NCBI GenBank assembly: GCA_008632985.1
Contig: QPGO01000064.1
Location: 186,001-250,000 of the forward strand
Length of the DNA stretch: 64,000 nucleotides
Direction: 5' to 3'
Source of the DNA: Psammoneis japonica
Lineage: Eukaryota
Positions 49,990 through 63,563 of this stretch are shown here, piece after piece (within the stretch, counting starts at the first letter, position 1; each line of letters opens with the position of its first letter). The notes below the pieces were generated by a model that worked only from the letters and a program-made list of their open reading frames with translations, was not told the DNA's origin and searched no databases. The translations under genes and the position numbers were made by a program.

Positions 49990-51385
49990 GCAACAGGCAG
50001 GTCCAAATTCCAGAGTCAGCCCCATGAAACACACCAACTGGCCTGATGGATGCAAGCTGAGGGCACTGGCAGTGTCTGGCATGTTCCAGGTGGTGTGACT
50101 TCAAGAACTGTGGTGCGGCATTGCAAGGTTCTTGATCTTGTGGTGTTGTGGCCCCATGTCACCTCATTGTCCCCAACAGGAGGAGCAGACTTGAACAACC
50201 TTCAAACTTCAGAGTGCAACAACCCCATGATGGGCACCAACTGGCCTGATGACTGTTGGCAAAGGGCATTGGTGGTCTTGGTGGGCCCCAGGTGAGACTT
50301 TGAGAACTGTGGCTGCACATTGCAAGGTTGATCTTGAAGTGCTGTGGTGGCCCCATGTCATGTTGTGCCCAACAGTGACAGACTTGAACACCCCCAATTC
50401 CAGAGTCCAAGGATCCCATGATGGTTCCAACCAACCCAACAACTGCCAGCAGAGGGTGTTGATGGTCTTTGGTGGGCCCATTGTTGTGCATCTTCAAGAG
50501 CTGTGGCTGGGCATTGCAAGGCTCATCTTGTGGTCTTGTGATGGCCCCATGTCACCTCATCCCCAACAGCAGCAGACTTGCCTTTCTGGCAAACGCTGGA
50601 GTGCAGGGATCCCAAGAACCAACCTGAACAACTGCCAGCAAAGGACCCTGGTGGTCTCTGGCAGGCAGGCACCAGGCAACACTCTTCAGAAATGTGGCCA
50701 GGCATTGCAAGGTTGATTTTGTGGTGTTGTGCCCCCCCCCATGTCACACCTTGTCCCCAACAGGAGCCCACTTGAGTTTCCAAGCTCCAGAGCCCAAGGG
50801 CTCAATGACAGTGCCAATCAACCTGACAAAAGCAAGCTGAGGGCATTGGCAGTCTCAAGTGGGCCCCAGGCAACACTTTGAGAGTTGCAGCTGGACATGG
50901 CAAAGTTGATGTTGTGGTGTTGTTGCCCCACATTTTGTGTTGTGCACAACAGCAAAAGACTTGAGTTTCCAAACTCCAGAGTTTGAGGACCCAATGACAG
51001 TGCAAACCAACTGGTGGGCAACTGCCAGCAAAGGGCATTGTTGGTGGTCTTGGCAGACACCAGGTGAGACTTTGAGAGCTGTGGCTGGGCATTGCGCAAG
51101 GTTGATCTTGAAGTTTTGCAGCCCCATGTCATGTTGTGCCCAACAGCAGCAGACTTGAGCTTCCAAACTCCAGAGTCCAAGAGCCCCAAGACAGGGCGGC
51201 CAACCTGACAACAGCAAGCTGAGAACCCTGGTGGTGTTGTCCAGTGGACACCAGGTGACACTTTGAGAGCTGTGGCTCTGAGCATTGCAAGGTTGATGCT
51301 GCGTGTTGTGGCCCCATGTCAGGTTGTTGTCCCTGCCTCCCAACTGCAGTGCAAACTTGATTTCCCAACTCCAGAGTTGCTCATT
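49990..51385. repeat. About 7 diverged tandem units of ~190-200 bp; ~2 inverted copies at ~53085-53430
   Basis: Recurring CCAGAG...GGCATTGCAAGGTTGATCTTG...GGCCCCATGTCA...CAGACTTGAGTTTCCAAACT at ~50011, 50210, 50400, 50597, 50787, 50977, 51170, 51371. Confidence 0.8.
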
Positions 51386-51942
51386 CTGGGGGTTGATTGC
51401 TGAGTGGCAGCAGGTGAGCTGAACTTCAAAAAGCAACATGCTGGGAGAGTGCCAGGTGTGTGGAGTTGTTTTGCAGTGGCAAAACAGCTTGAGGAGGAGA
51501 GTGTGGAAATTGTTCTTTGCAACAGCATTTTTGAAAAAAAAAAAGAACTGTGGTCATGCATGGAGTTGGGTGTGCAGAGAATGCCCACCCTTCTCTCTGA
51601 CAAGAAGCAAATTGCCACTGGCACTCAGACCAGCATGGCATCCAAACAACCCTCTGCAATCTTCTGCAAAAGAAAAACTGGTGCACTCACAGTGCAACAA
51701 GGAAGAGCTGCACAGACAGCGGGCATGATTCAGCACCCACTGGCAGAAATCCACTGCTGCAGCCAAACAGAATGTAGTGTGCGCGAGCACAGACCAAAAC
51801 AAAAACACAAAATCACGTGTCACAATGACGTTGTTGGCCCAGATGACTTGACACCCCCAAATGGGTTTGCAGCGCATTTTTGCTGTCAATCAACAGCCTC
51901 AAAGTGGCGCTGAATGAAGCACACATTGACCCATGCTGCGAT

Positions 51943-52724
51943 CTGGGTTGATGTTGGAATTGGTCAAATTGTGGTGTGATGATGAGACTGGTTAGTTGAC
52001 TGGCATGTTTGGCAATGGGAAGCATGAAAAATGACATGGATTGAATTGTTGCAACACAACAATTCTGGGGCTGTTTGACATTGTGAGCTGGGCTCCAGAG
52101 TGCAAATCAATGCTGCTGGACACAGAAAAGGAAAGGACTCAAGTGTTTGTGGCTGCATTGTGTGTCACAAAAGGATTGGCTCAATGAGAAGATCATTTTG
52201 AAAGGAGAGTCTCTTTGCATTGTTGTCAGTCATGCAACAAGGACACAGTAGATTGTGGCAGGGGCGTGCTGTTGTCATGCAAACAGCTGGTTGGCACAGC
52301 TGAGCTGTGTGGTGCCTGATGCAACAAAGCTGCTGGGTTGATGTTGGAATTGGTCAAATTGTGGTGTGATGATGAGACTGGGTTAGTTGACCGGCATGTT
52401 TGGCAATGGGAAGCATGAAAAATGACATGGATTGAATTGTTGCAACACAACAATTCTGGGGCTGTTTGACATTGTGAGCTGGGCTCCAGAGTGCAAATCA
52501 ATGCTGCTGGACATAGAAAAGGAAAGGACTCAAGTGTTTGTGGCTGCATTGTGTGTCACAAAAGGATTGGCTCAATGAGAAGATCATTTTGAAAGGAGAG
52601 TCTCTTTGCATTGTTGTCAGTCATGCAACAAGGACACAGTGGATTGTGGCAGGGGCGTGCTGTTGTCATGCAAACAGCTGGTTGGCACAGCTGAGCTGTG
52701 TGGTGCCTGATGCAACAAAGCTGC
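51943..52724. repeat. Near-perfect ~390-bp tandem duplication
   Basis: CTGGGTTGATGTTGG starts at 51943 and 52333; the copies differ by 3 substitutions and 1 indel. Confidence 0.92.
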
Positions 52725-53689
52725 GAACATGCAGCAAAAGTGCAAAAAATGCCAAGGACAGAGTTGAGCTGATGCTCTTCCAAACAAACAAACAAACCAG
52801 CTCTGAACAAGATGCTGGGCCACAAAACAAAACATGGCAGATGCATTGCCGCTGGAAAAATTGTTGTCAACCTGCCAAATGGCAACCTTGGCAATGCCAG
52901 TTTTGTGGCTGAAAATGAGCCAGCATCAGAACATCACTCAGAACCACAACTGCAGTGCCCAACTTGTGCAGATTTTTAAAAATCATGACACCTGTGGAGG
53001 GTTGAATCACAAGTGCAACAGCTTTGATTCTTGTCAACTGATCTTCTTGTCAAGGGCAAGAACATGAGATGTTGTGAGGACATCCTGCTGGGGACAAGAA
53101 GGTGCTGACATGGGGCCACAATGTCACAAGATCAGCACCGCAATGCCCAGCCACAGCTCTTCTTGAAGTCTCACCCTCCTGGGTTTGCCAGACACTGCCA
53201 GCATCCTTTGATGACAGTTGCTGGGTTGGCTGGCAATTTTGTGGGATCTTTTCAATCCCTCGAGTCTGCTCCTCCTGTTGGGAACAAGGTGACATGGGGC
53301 CACAATGCCACAAGATTGACCTTGCAATGCCCAGCCACAGCAGCTCTCAAAGTGTCACCTGGGGTTCACCAGAGATCACCAGTGCCCTCAGCTTGCTGTT
53401 TTTGGGTCAGTTGGCACTGTCATGGGGCCCTTCGGGGAATTTTTTTTGGGCCTGTGGACTCATGTGGTGAGTGGGGAGTGCATTGCAACACACCATCTGT
53501 CTGACTTTCACAAGAGTTTGTGTGGCAACCTTTGTGCATGTGTGCATGTGTGTGCGTGCATGTGTGCGAGCATGCATGTGAAGCTGGTCAATCCGTTGGC
53601 TCATCATGGTGAGTGATTTTTCCTGCCCCTTTGCAAGTGAAAAACATGGTTTGATGTCATGCTCGCGATGCAATGTTTGCATCACAACA

Positions 53690-54083
<394 letters not shown>

Positions 54084-55306
54084 NAGTCACACCATGGGAA
54101 TGTGTGTTGGCATGGTGCACTGAGTGACAGTGCCTGTGAGAGACAGCAGAGTGCGAGAAAAAAATCGTGAGTTGGCGGCATTGGATGGTGGCTGAGTCAA
54201 TCACAGGACAACAACAGCGACAATGGCAGCCACCTGTTGTGGCAAGAGTGGGAGTGACAGTGCATCAGGCACACCAGCGGCAAGAAATGCAGGTGCTCCT
54301 GCATTGTCATTTGTGCCACTGCCTGAGGGGGGTGCTGAAGCGCCTCTCTTTCTTGTGTGCTGGGGCGCACAGCACAGCCGGAGTGACAGCATTGCCTGCT
54401 GCACCAGAGCAGCACCAGAGCCAACATCAACAAGCCATTGGCAGGATTCATGTCCTGTGAAAGTTGCTGGGAAAGAGTTGTGAGGCACAATCATGGTCAA
54501 GTCATAAAAATTTATGCATTTTTCTCAGTTTGGACATTGCTGCCTGAGCAGCGATCAGCTCCTCCTGGGTTTGCCCTTGGCGCGCACCAGACAACTCGAG
54601 AATCATCATTCATGGGGGAGAGGATGCAGGAGGATCACTTTGCCAACTGTGCTGGGGTGGGACTTGTCACTTAACGACATGTGCATGTTCATGTTTTGAC
54701 ATGAACGCATCCCACTCAATGCATGTTATGACATCATCACACAACACGCTCACCCACGCCACATCCCAATGCCAATCGACCTGCTGCCACTGGATCGTGT
54801 TTCCGAGTCGTGATTCCCGTCCGCCGGGGAAAACATACTCTGATTCCTACGTAGGTTCTACACAACGGAAAATATAATTCGTCAACTTCAACTTCAATGT
54901 CCTCCACTACAGTAATTCCGACACCGCACCATGCATTCAATATCGCTGACATCACCATGGCGTCACTGACGTCTCCTCGCTTCGCACCGAGCTCCAAAGG
55001 TGGATTTATGTGTGTCTTTCTCGGTGGATCCATGGTTACCACTATTTCTCTGATTGAAAAAGCATATCAACTACAGTATTCGACAGGCAGCGATGAACAT
55101 TAGTTTTCGGGAACGCCGAACGCCGGTCATTTTGGGGTCACGAGGAAAGGCTCTTTCGGTCTTGGTCTTCGGGTGACTCGGATCTTGAATGAATCTTTGC
55201 GACAGCACTGTGCGTCCGGAAATCATGAGTCGTGACACATTAACAACGAAACCGTGCATCACTTCTTTCGACTCAAGTGCTCCGAATCCACTGTTGTTGT
55301 TCAGAC

Positions 55307-57747
55307 ATGATCATTTCGGTTATCATCAAGAGGAGTTTTAGGCGCTCAGCTGGCGCTGTTGCATCCTACGTGAGCAGCACCGTCGGCATTCTCGGAGCTC
55401 CCAAAGCAGTAGTAGGCTCTCCACCGGGTCAGGATGTGTTTTGTAGTTGTGAAGCTCACAACTGCAATTTCAACCCGGTCGCTGGTAACGTTAATTTTAC
55501 AATTCAAAAATTACGGGGAGCCGGGAACCTGCCCTTGCCTCCGGGTCGATGCGTCAATTGCCTCTTTGTGAATTCGATAACCCATATTCTCTCATCAGCT
55601 TCCTTATCGTACAGGTTCCAAGAAAATGCTACTTGTGCCTGTCCAGAAGGATCTGTTCTTACAGTCTCCACCGGACCATCCAACGTTTTGGACGTCAATG
55701 TGCTAGAAGGAGAAATTATTCAAAGTGGTCCCGGCGCCGCATACATTATTGGTCCTACAAATCTTACGGCGTGCTACTCTGGTGGAAGAGTTTGCGGTAA
55801 TTGTTTCCGACCCAGCGCCAATTGTTGGGCGCAAGGTGCACCAGGACTTGGTTTCTGTGATGACACGTCGCTCGAAGATCAAGTTATCTTGTACGAAGAG
55901 TCTAGTCTCCCACAAGCTGCTACTGCCGTCAAAATCACCGGCCCAAATGCCGCCGGCATTATCATGACTGCATGTTGTGACAATGCACAGGTTGCTGGTG
56001 ATTTTGGAGCTGCACCGGTATCGAATTGCACGACCCGGCCTCTCACCACCGCAAGCCCTCTCTTTACGGTACCCGAAAACGATTTCTCTAGCGCCAACCT
56101 CACCAATGCACCATGCGCCTAGCTCGAGTCGACTGACGGACAAGTCTGTTTCAACTCATTTTGTGCATTTGGAACGGTCGCCATGGCGTGTGCGGTTGAT
56201 ACCAACTCTCCACAAATGGAAGTTGGGTGCCCCGCAAGAACGGTAATGCGGACGACTGCAATCGGTTTCGGTAGCTTGACCAAAGGCCACCAAATGCGTT
56301 CCCCCCGAAGATATGCGGGACTCTTCGTTGAAGACTATGGATGTATGGTTGGAGATGAAAATCAAGTCACGTTTGTACCAGAGAGCTGTGGCAGCGGAAG
56401 AATCAGTACAATTTCGATCCTGCGGGAACGAGTAACCCAGTGACAACGACCCCTACAATGGTCACTGCCGCCCCTACCGTATCCATGTCGAACGCCCCAA
56501 CGCAGGCTCCATCTCATTTCGGTAGTCCGGCCTTTGTAAGCGAGCAATGCCTGAACGAGAGTATGAGTCTCCTCTCTGATCCGAGTGTTGCCAATCAAGT
56601 TCTTCAGGTGAACCAACGTGTTGACGCGATCAATTGCGTCCCTATGACCACTGTCCCACCGAACACCTTTTCTGAGTGCAACGGTGACTTTGCGACACTT
56701 CAAACGGCATTTGTCAATGCTTGTACAGGAGCAGGCGGCAACACCGCTTCATTGGACATTACTATGAGGTGCGAGTTTGCCAACGGGGATGCCAACACAT
56801 ACGAAATAAATGATTATCCTCTGTGCTTTGCACCCATTTGCGGTACACCAAGCCCGCTCTGCTCTGGGTCGGCGGAGGTTTGCGACGCTCCCAACATCCG
56901 CCCAGCACTCGATGGCTTGTTCCTCGCTTCTCTGGAAAGACGCATCAGCGGAGGGGCAGAATGCATCGTGAATCGTGCACTTGGCGGCTTTTTAACAACC
57001 GCCACCGCAGCACCCTCTCCATCAAATGCTCCCTTCGCTGCAACACAAGCTCCGGTCTCAACCTCTCCAACCATGACATCCATGATGCCTGTCCCAGCAT
57101 CCCAGGAACCCTCCATGCTACCGACTTCAGCTCCTGTACTTCCACCAACTCCACCACCCGTCGCGACGCCGACTCCTGCTCCAATCTTGGCAACTACCGC
57201 ACCGGTTGCGGCGACGCCAGCTCCTGTGCCGATTTCATCCCAACAAGTGTGCAGTACGCAAACACAAACACTCAACAACAGCCCGGCGCTTGCTGACATT
57301 GATCTGCCTCCGTCCAGTGCTCTATTTGACGACGAGAATTGTGATTTCTCTTCCGGTTTGATTGTGTGCATGCTGGATTATGGCCCATTCTCGAATAATG
57401 TAGAGAGTGCTTGTGCGTCAGTAGGTGGCCAATTCTTTTCAAGTAGCACATCCTTGACATGCACCGTCGTGGGACAATCCGGTCAAGGATTTGAATACAT
57501 TCTACGGGATTTTCCGTCATGTATCGGTATTGCCTGCGACGTGAACCAGTTTCTCTTGGCGTCCGCTGACGATTTCACTACAACCAAGGAGCAAATCGAG
57601 GCTCCTGGAGGCTTGGTATGCGACGACCCCATCGTCACACTGGGAGTAGGTGGCGGCGGTTCCGGAGGAGGCTCTGGTGCAGGCGTCGCTTCTCTACACT
57701 TGGCTTTGGTCTTTGCAAGCTTCGGCTTGACTTTTCTTTGGTTCTAA
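55307..57747 (+). CDS. Secreted/cell-surface Cys-rich protein with Pro/Thr mucin-like linkers and a C-terminal hydrophobic (GPI-like) tail; several frame breaks
   Basis: ORFs 55277-56122, 56183-56443 and 56440-57747; two C..AC...GG...C..P.C...C modules; GSGA plus hydrophobic end. Confidence 0.55.
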
Positions 57748-57865
57748 TTCACGGCGGACTGCATGGATCACATTTGAGCCATTCTTCATTTGTTCCAACC
57801 TTTTCATTCCGACATTCATCATTCACAGCTCATATAAAAATCAAGTAGCATAAACGAACGATGCG

Positions 57866-58613
57866 CTATCGCTCAGCCCCGACTTTCTCAAAAATGAAAA
57901 ACATGCCTTCTTTTAGTAACTTGAATGAGCGTTTGGCTTTGGGGAGATCAATGCTCTGTTGAACCTGTTCTCTCGTGATTGGCAACGCTCCCCCCTTCTG
58001 TTTCCCTCTGCCCTTCTTCACCGCGCAAAAGAAATCCCGAACATCCACGTCGAATATCTCCCAAGTTTCGTCCCAAAAGGCAACAAGTTGAAACTCCTCC
58101 TTGTTTGTAAAGGCCATTCTCGCATCGTAATGTGCGTCGCTCACCAACAAGTAGCCACCGGGCTTCAAATATCTTGCACACGGTTCTGAGACAATACCAG
58201 CACTTGCTGAAACTAAAATATCAAAGGAATCATTTCCAAGCCCATCAACTGTTTGCATAAAGTTCGCATTCTTCACCGTGATGTCAGATTCCTCTTGGTA
58301 ATCTTTGTTTTCGTTGACCCACGCTAACGCTCGTTCATCGTTGTATAATCCACACACTTTCGGATCACTGTCCACGTACGTGACACACGAGAAGACCAGC
58401 GAAGCAGTAATGTGACGATGGCATCCCGGATACAAGACCTTTATGTTGGAAGAGGAATGATGATTCAAGTTGTAAAAACACAACAGGGCCCGGAAAATTG
58501 GGAGATGAAAATCGTCCAAGCCCTTGTATGACTTGAAGAATGCATTCAATTGTGGACCGTTTCCTCGCTTTTGCCGCTTATTAGGTGGTGGCTCTTCTCC
58601 TGACTGCTTCATT
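57866..58613 (-). CDS. Class I SAM-dependent methyltransferase-like protein
   Basis: VLYPGCHRHITASLVF..VTYVDSD, FDILVS..G, YLKPGGYLLVSDAH. Confidence 0.65.
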
Positions 58614-59059
58614 TCGTGACGAGCTATGTGGTACATGTGACTCTGAAACACTGCAAAGTGCTGGACGTTTGGTAGTGGGACAAAGGCACCTCTAGCGGTC
58701 AAGCGGAAGGCCGCGACGGCAATTGCTTGGATCCAAATCGTAAGAAGTGTAATTCCGCACCTTTAACGATCCTGATACTCTCTCTTGACGTCTCCAGTGC
58801 TACCAGAGGTTGTTGTATGGATACCATAAGCAGAATACAGTCGACCGCCACCCCCGATCACTAAGAAAACCCGCAGCAGCCATACAGCATAAAAAAATGT
58901 CTCCGCTATGGCTCGTCGTATCGCGCGATTATCGACCGTCCAACACGAAGCTACCACATAGCGACTGCTCTCTCTACTCTACACTCTACTCCCTCTAGAG
59001 AGTAGTACAGTAGTAGGTTGATTTTACATCCACATTCCGCAACTCTTTTAAAGCTTATT

Positions 59060-61535
59060 CTACATGATCGAGCAACTCTCTTCCCCGTCCTTGGTATTTT
59101 CTTCCATATAACTCCAGATACTTTCCGCAAACTTTGCGAAACTTAGGTCCCTCTCGTTAAGGTCGTCCTCCTTCCCGTCAAATTGATACATGGACCCGTC
59201 GCTGCACATTAGAATGGGCGGCTTACTGGTTCCTTCAGCCATTGGAATCCAGGCAATGTCTTTGTCAGGATTGATTGGCAGAGAGTCCATGGGCTTAAGC
59301 ACCCTAATGTCCCAGACCATCGTCCCCTTAACGCCGTAGAGCCTGTTTGCAACGAACTTGGCATCGCTGATAAAAACCGGAGTTGCACTCTTGGCTCGCT
59401 GGCAAATGGTAACCTCGGCTTTTCCCGACCGCAAATCAAATATCTTGACACACGAGGAATCGTTGGCAACAAGCAATGGCTCGTTTCCAAAGGTCGGACG
59501 CTGGACGACATTAACTCCCGCGTCGCACATTCCTGCAAGAGTAGCCACTTCCTGAAGCTCGTAATCGTAGATGGGAATTTGTCCATTTCTGAAATGAGCG
59601 CCTGAGAAGCATCCATAAGTAAAGGCAAACTGGTTGTTTGGTAAATATCCAATAGATGAAGGGGTCACGATATCGACGGGCCTAATGGAGTCAGGTAACA
59701 TGCCTCGGCTAACTTCCGCACGTCCAGTGTCGTCCATCCATGTGTTATCGCTAGAGTCAAACACATCATCTGCCGGCCATTGTGCAATTTGTTCTTCTAC
59801 GTTTTCCATGTCGACCATACGACGAACACCATCACATTGATGGGCTTCATCGAGTTTCCATTGTTGAAGATAGCCATTATCGATGTATCCCAAAGAGTTC
59901 GACCCAAAAACCAATAGATTGGCGCTTCCATGTTCGGCCTTCCTACTTTCAATAACTTTACGGCGCTTTGACTTGTACCGTGGCTCAGCAAAATGAGATT
60001 TAGGATTGTTTTCAAGCTGGAAAATGTACTTGGTGTAAAACCGAGAGCCCTGCTGCGGTGGCGTTGCGCTGCGATCAACAGAGAAACCTTTGATTCTTCT
60101 GTCGGCCTGTACCCACGCCGTGTCATTTACATCATCGGCAAGGAGGTTTCCTGGGGTTCCCCAGAACTCGTGCTTCAGCTTCTTTTGCGAATATCCCTCT
60201 GTGAACTGTTGCTAGAATCAACATCAAAGGAATAGAGGACGCCACGGAACTCCCTGTTCTTCCATCCACATCCCGTATGCGCAAACCCAATTCTGCCGTC
60301 ATGCGTCCACCAATTTTCGGAATACGCCGTACTGGTATCCCCCCAAAGGACTCACTGAGTTCCTGACGATTCGCACGGCAGATCTCAATGTCACGCGGAG
60401 ACGTAGAATCACCTGCCGATTTGGGCAAAGTCTCTTCCTTTGACATGTCCGTATGGAATCTGGCGTGTGGTGATGAATACTTGGGACCAGCAAGAGGAGG
60501 GGTGAGCATTTTCTTTGCCTGTTCCTCGGCATGGTGTAGAATTGTGCCAAACTTGACCCCATACAAGAAATCATTACTTTTTGGCTCGTTCTGATTGATG
60601 GCCCAGGAACCCGTCCAGCCGTTATACATGTCTGGTTCATCCTCTTCGTATTCAATGTGTGCGCCTTCATCTTGTTCTTCACTGCTCTTTTTTTTCATTG
60701 ATGATGCATTTACGTAGTCACGAAGGGATCGAACAATTCCCGCAAACGCGCACACTTGAACACGATTGTGACTTTTCTTCGGCTGTTTTGCCGTCTCTCC
60801 ACCCTCCTCTTCCTCCGCCTCCTTTGCATCATCGTGAGATGGCAAAAAGACAGTCACACAATCCTCAACCGAGTACGACTCGCACATGCCACACATGGCA
60901 AAATCATGGTACTGAGGCCTCGACATGATTTCCGATACTGACTTGTAGGATCCATCCTCGTTTTGAACAGCAAAAAAGCGATGCGCCTCTTTAATTTTGG
61001 ACAAGAAACCCTTGACTTGCATAGCAATCGCAGCGGGATTGACGTGCCCAGACGTGTCGGGCGGATCCAGAAATGTCTTGCAGCCGTCCAGTTTGTGCGT
61101 CATGGAGCTGGAGAGGGCTGGTACTCGGACCGATAGAGCCCGCTGTAGTGCCTCCCTGGCAGTAAGATCGACGCTTTGCTTGAGATACAAGTCCTGTAAC
61201 GCTGCAACTAGATAACGACAGGTTTCGTTTCTGATCTTGTTGGGCTCCCGTTTGCATGGGTCATTGAGTAGGTCGGACTTAATGAACCACACTAAGCACT
61301 TGACGGCGAGCGATGGGATATCGGATGGTGGAGCTGGAATGCCATGAGGCTGCAAACAGAGCTGCCAGAGACTGACAGACGTGGACGACTCCAACTTTCG
61401 CAGAGTGTCAATGAGATAAATCGGCTCTTGTTGCTCTTCATCGCTGTCTGCACAAATCTCCTCCTCTTCTTCGTCGCTGCCAATTTCCTCCTGCTGCTGT
61501 TCTTCATCGCTGCAGCATCTGCTCGCGCTCGTCAT
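59060..61535 (-). CDS. Hypothetical protein with a beta-propeller-like C-terminus; two frameshifts (~60200, ~59920)
   Basis: Contiguous ORFs 60132-61535 and 59060-59914; VKIFDLRSG and MVWDIR WD-like ends. Confidence 0.5.
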
Positions 61536-62017
61536 CTTTGTTGGAGGAATCCATCATGATAACAGGCACGAAAATGAGCAAGGATGTTCACTGAGGTATT
61601 GCCGGGATGCCGTAATAGATTGTAACACAGCCTTTATTGCTGCTCTTCTGTTTAGTCTCTAGTCGTTGTGACCTGTGCCGACGACCGACGAGCTTCAAGC
61701 TGACGAGGGACGAGGGGGCGGGGTTTCAGTTTGGAGGTTTATCGTTATTGTGGCGGGAGAAATAAGATCCGCAAGATACTTTTGTAGGGGGGACCCCTAT
61801 CTCTCTCAAAGAGAGTAACAATGGTAAAATATAAAGGGAATGCCGTTTGTACATACTCCAATTAGGCCCCCATTTCCTGCCTCCAACCCCCCGTTAAAAA
61901 AACAAGATCGTGTGACGGGCGGACGTTAGAAAATCTTCGCTGGCAAAAAATGAAAATCTTAGCGACCATGTCAGTTTCAAGTTGCAGCGCTGTATCTGTC
62001 AACGTCACTACTCTACC

Positions 62018-63387
62018 ATGGCCAAGGGCAACAAGAAGCAAAAAAGCAAAAGTAGACACGACGAGAACGGTTCTGACAATGACACTCTTGATGTGGATGA
62101 GGAAAAAGTCGTGGTAAAGCTCAAGGATTTGGATTTTGCGCAACGTCGCGAGCTTCAACGCAAGGCTGCTGCCGAAAAACGCAAGGCCAAACAACGTTGT
62201 TATTTGTGCGGTAAAACGGGCCACGTGCGTCGTGAATGCCCCGGTATTGCCGACGATGGTCGGGGTGAATCAAAATACACAAAGTCCAAGGGTGACTCTG
62301 GAGCGACACAACTCAAGGCGAGCAGCAAGGGAGCTAGAAATCGAGGGCGAAAGCAAGACAAGAACAATAACGCAAGCAGCGACACAGTAAAACTGCCTTT
62401 TGGATTTTCTGCAACACAAGGAGAAGAACAAGATGTCGATCCATTTGTGTACTATGACGCAGGAAGCGATGTGTCGCTACTCTCGATTATCTTCGTACAG
62501 GACGAGGCAAGAACAAGCTTGCAATGAGGGAAGCAATTTCAGAATACAAACATGCCTTGGATACTGCATCCACCACTTCCAATTTTGGTGGGATGATTTC
62601 TAGATCCATAATCAAACCTGATCATCCATGGACGCCTGAGAGTGCGCTTGATCGAGACGATGTATTCTTTGTTGTTGGTCTCGGTGCGGCAAGAGGCAGT
62701 GGGGACGGTCCGGATTCTGGATTTGTGAACCATGTCGTTGAAACGGTTTTGGGTAATGACAGAATTGTTGGGCTATATTGTGACTTGGATCTTTCTCCTA
62801 CAACGACAAGTCGGTCTGGATTTGATGCCGAATCTCAGCTTCACCTTGTACGTCGTTCTTGCGAAATTGCTGGAAAGACGAATGTTGCCATTCAGATTCG
62901 TGCATTGCCATCAGCGGCAAATGACGATTCTGATGATTCGTCCGATAGTCCATATGCAGAACTCATGATGAACCTTGACCGTATTGTTCATGATGCCATT
63001 ACAGAATATCCGTCTCTCAAGATTCATCTCTCCCGTTGGGTGGGTAACAGTGATCACATGTACAAGCTATTAACAAAGTACCCAAACAACGTCTGGATTG
63101 GCATGGATGGCACTGTAACTTTTGCAAAGGCCAAGCACGCACACGAGTGTGCCTTTGATGTTCCGCTGTCCAAGCTAGTCTTGGAAACGGGCTCTCCAAG
63201 CACCATACCATCCAAGGTTTCTCGAGCCAAGGGTCGACAAGCCTTTTGTCATTCCGGGCTTATTCCCTTTGTTGCAGAGGCAATTGCCAAGTACAAAACG
63301 TCACCATCGCTCGAGATTACTGCCGAGCAAGTTGCACGGGCGGCATCCGAAAACACTCTCGTATTGTATCCACAGCTTCATCGTTGA
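62018..63387 (+). CDS. CCHC zinc-knuckle plus TatD-like hydrolase (frameshift ~62470)
   Basis: CYLCGKTGHVRREC; IGMDGTVTFAK..VPLSKLVLETGSP..IPFVAEAIA..VARAASENT..LY. Confidence 0.75.
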
Positions 63388-63563
63388 AAGTGTAGCACAA
63401 CAGGGTTGCCATTGGAAAATGGATTACTGTTCCTTTCTTAGTTTCTCCTTATAAGATCGAGTCCGGGCCAGAGCGGTTGTGATGTTCGCCGTGAAAGACT
63501 ATTGATACAGCTAACCGCTACCGCTATCAAATGCGATATTATTCACGCATCAATCGCCTGCTC

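Noticed and set aside
49990..51385. CRISPR-like array
   Set aside because: Whole units are homologous with no unique spacers, there are no cas genes, and the context is eukaryotic.
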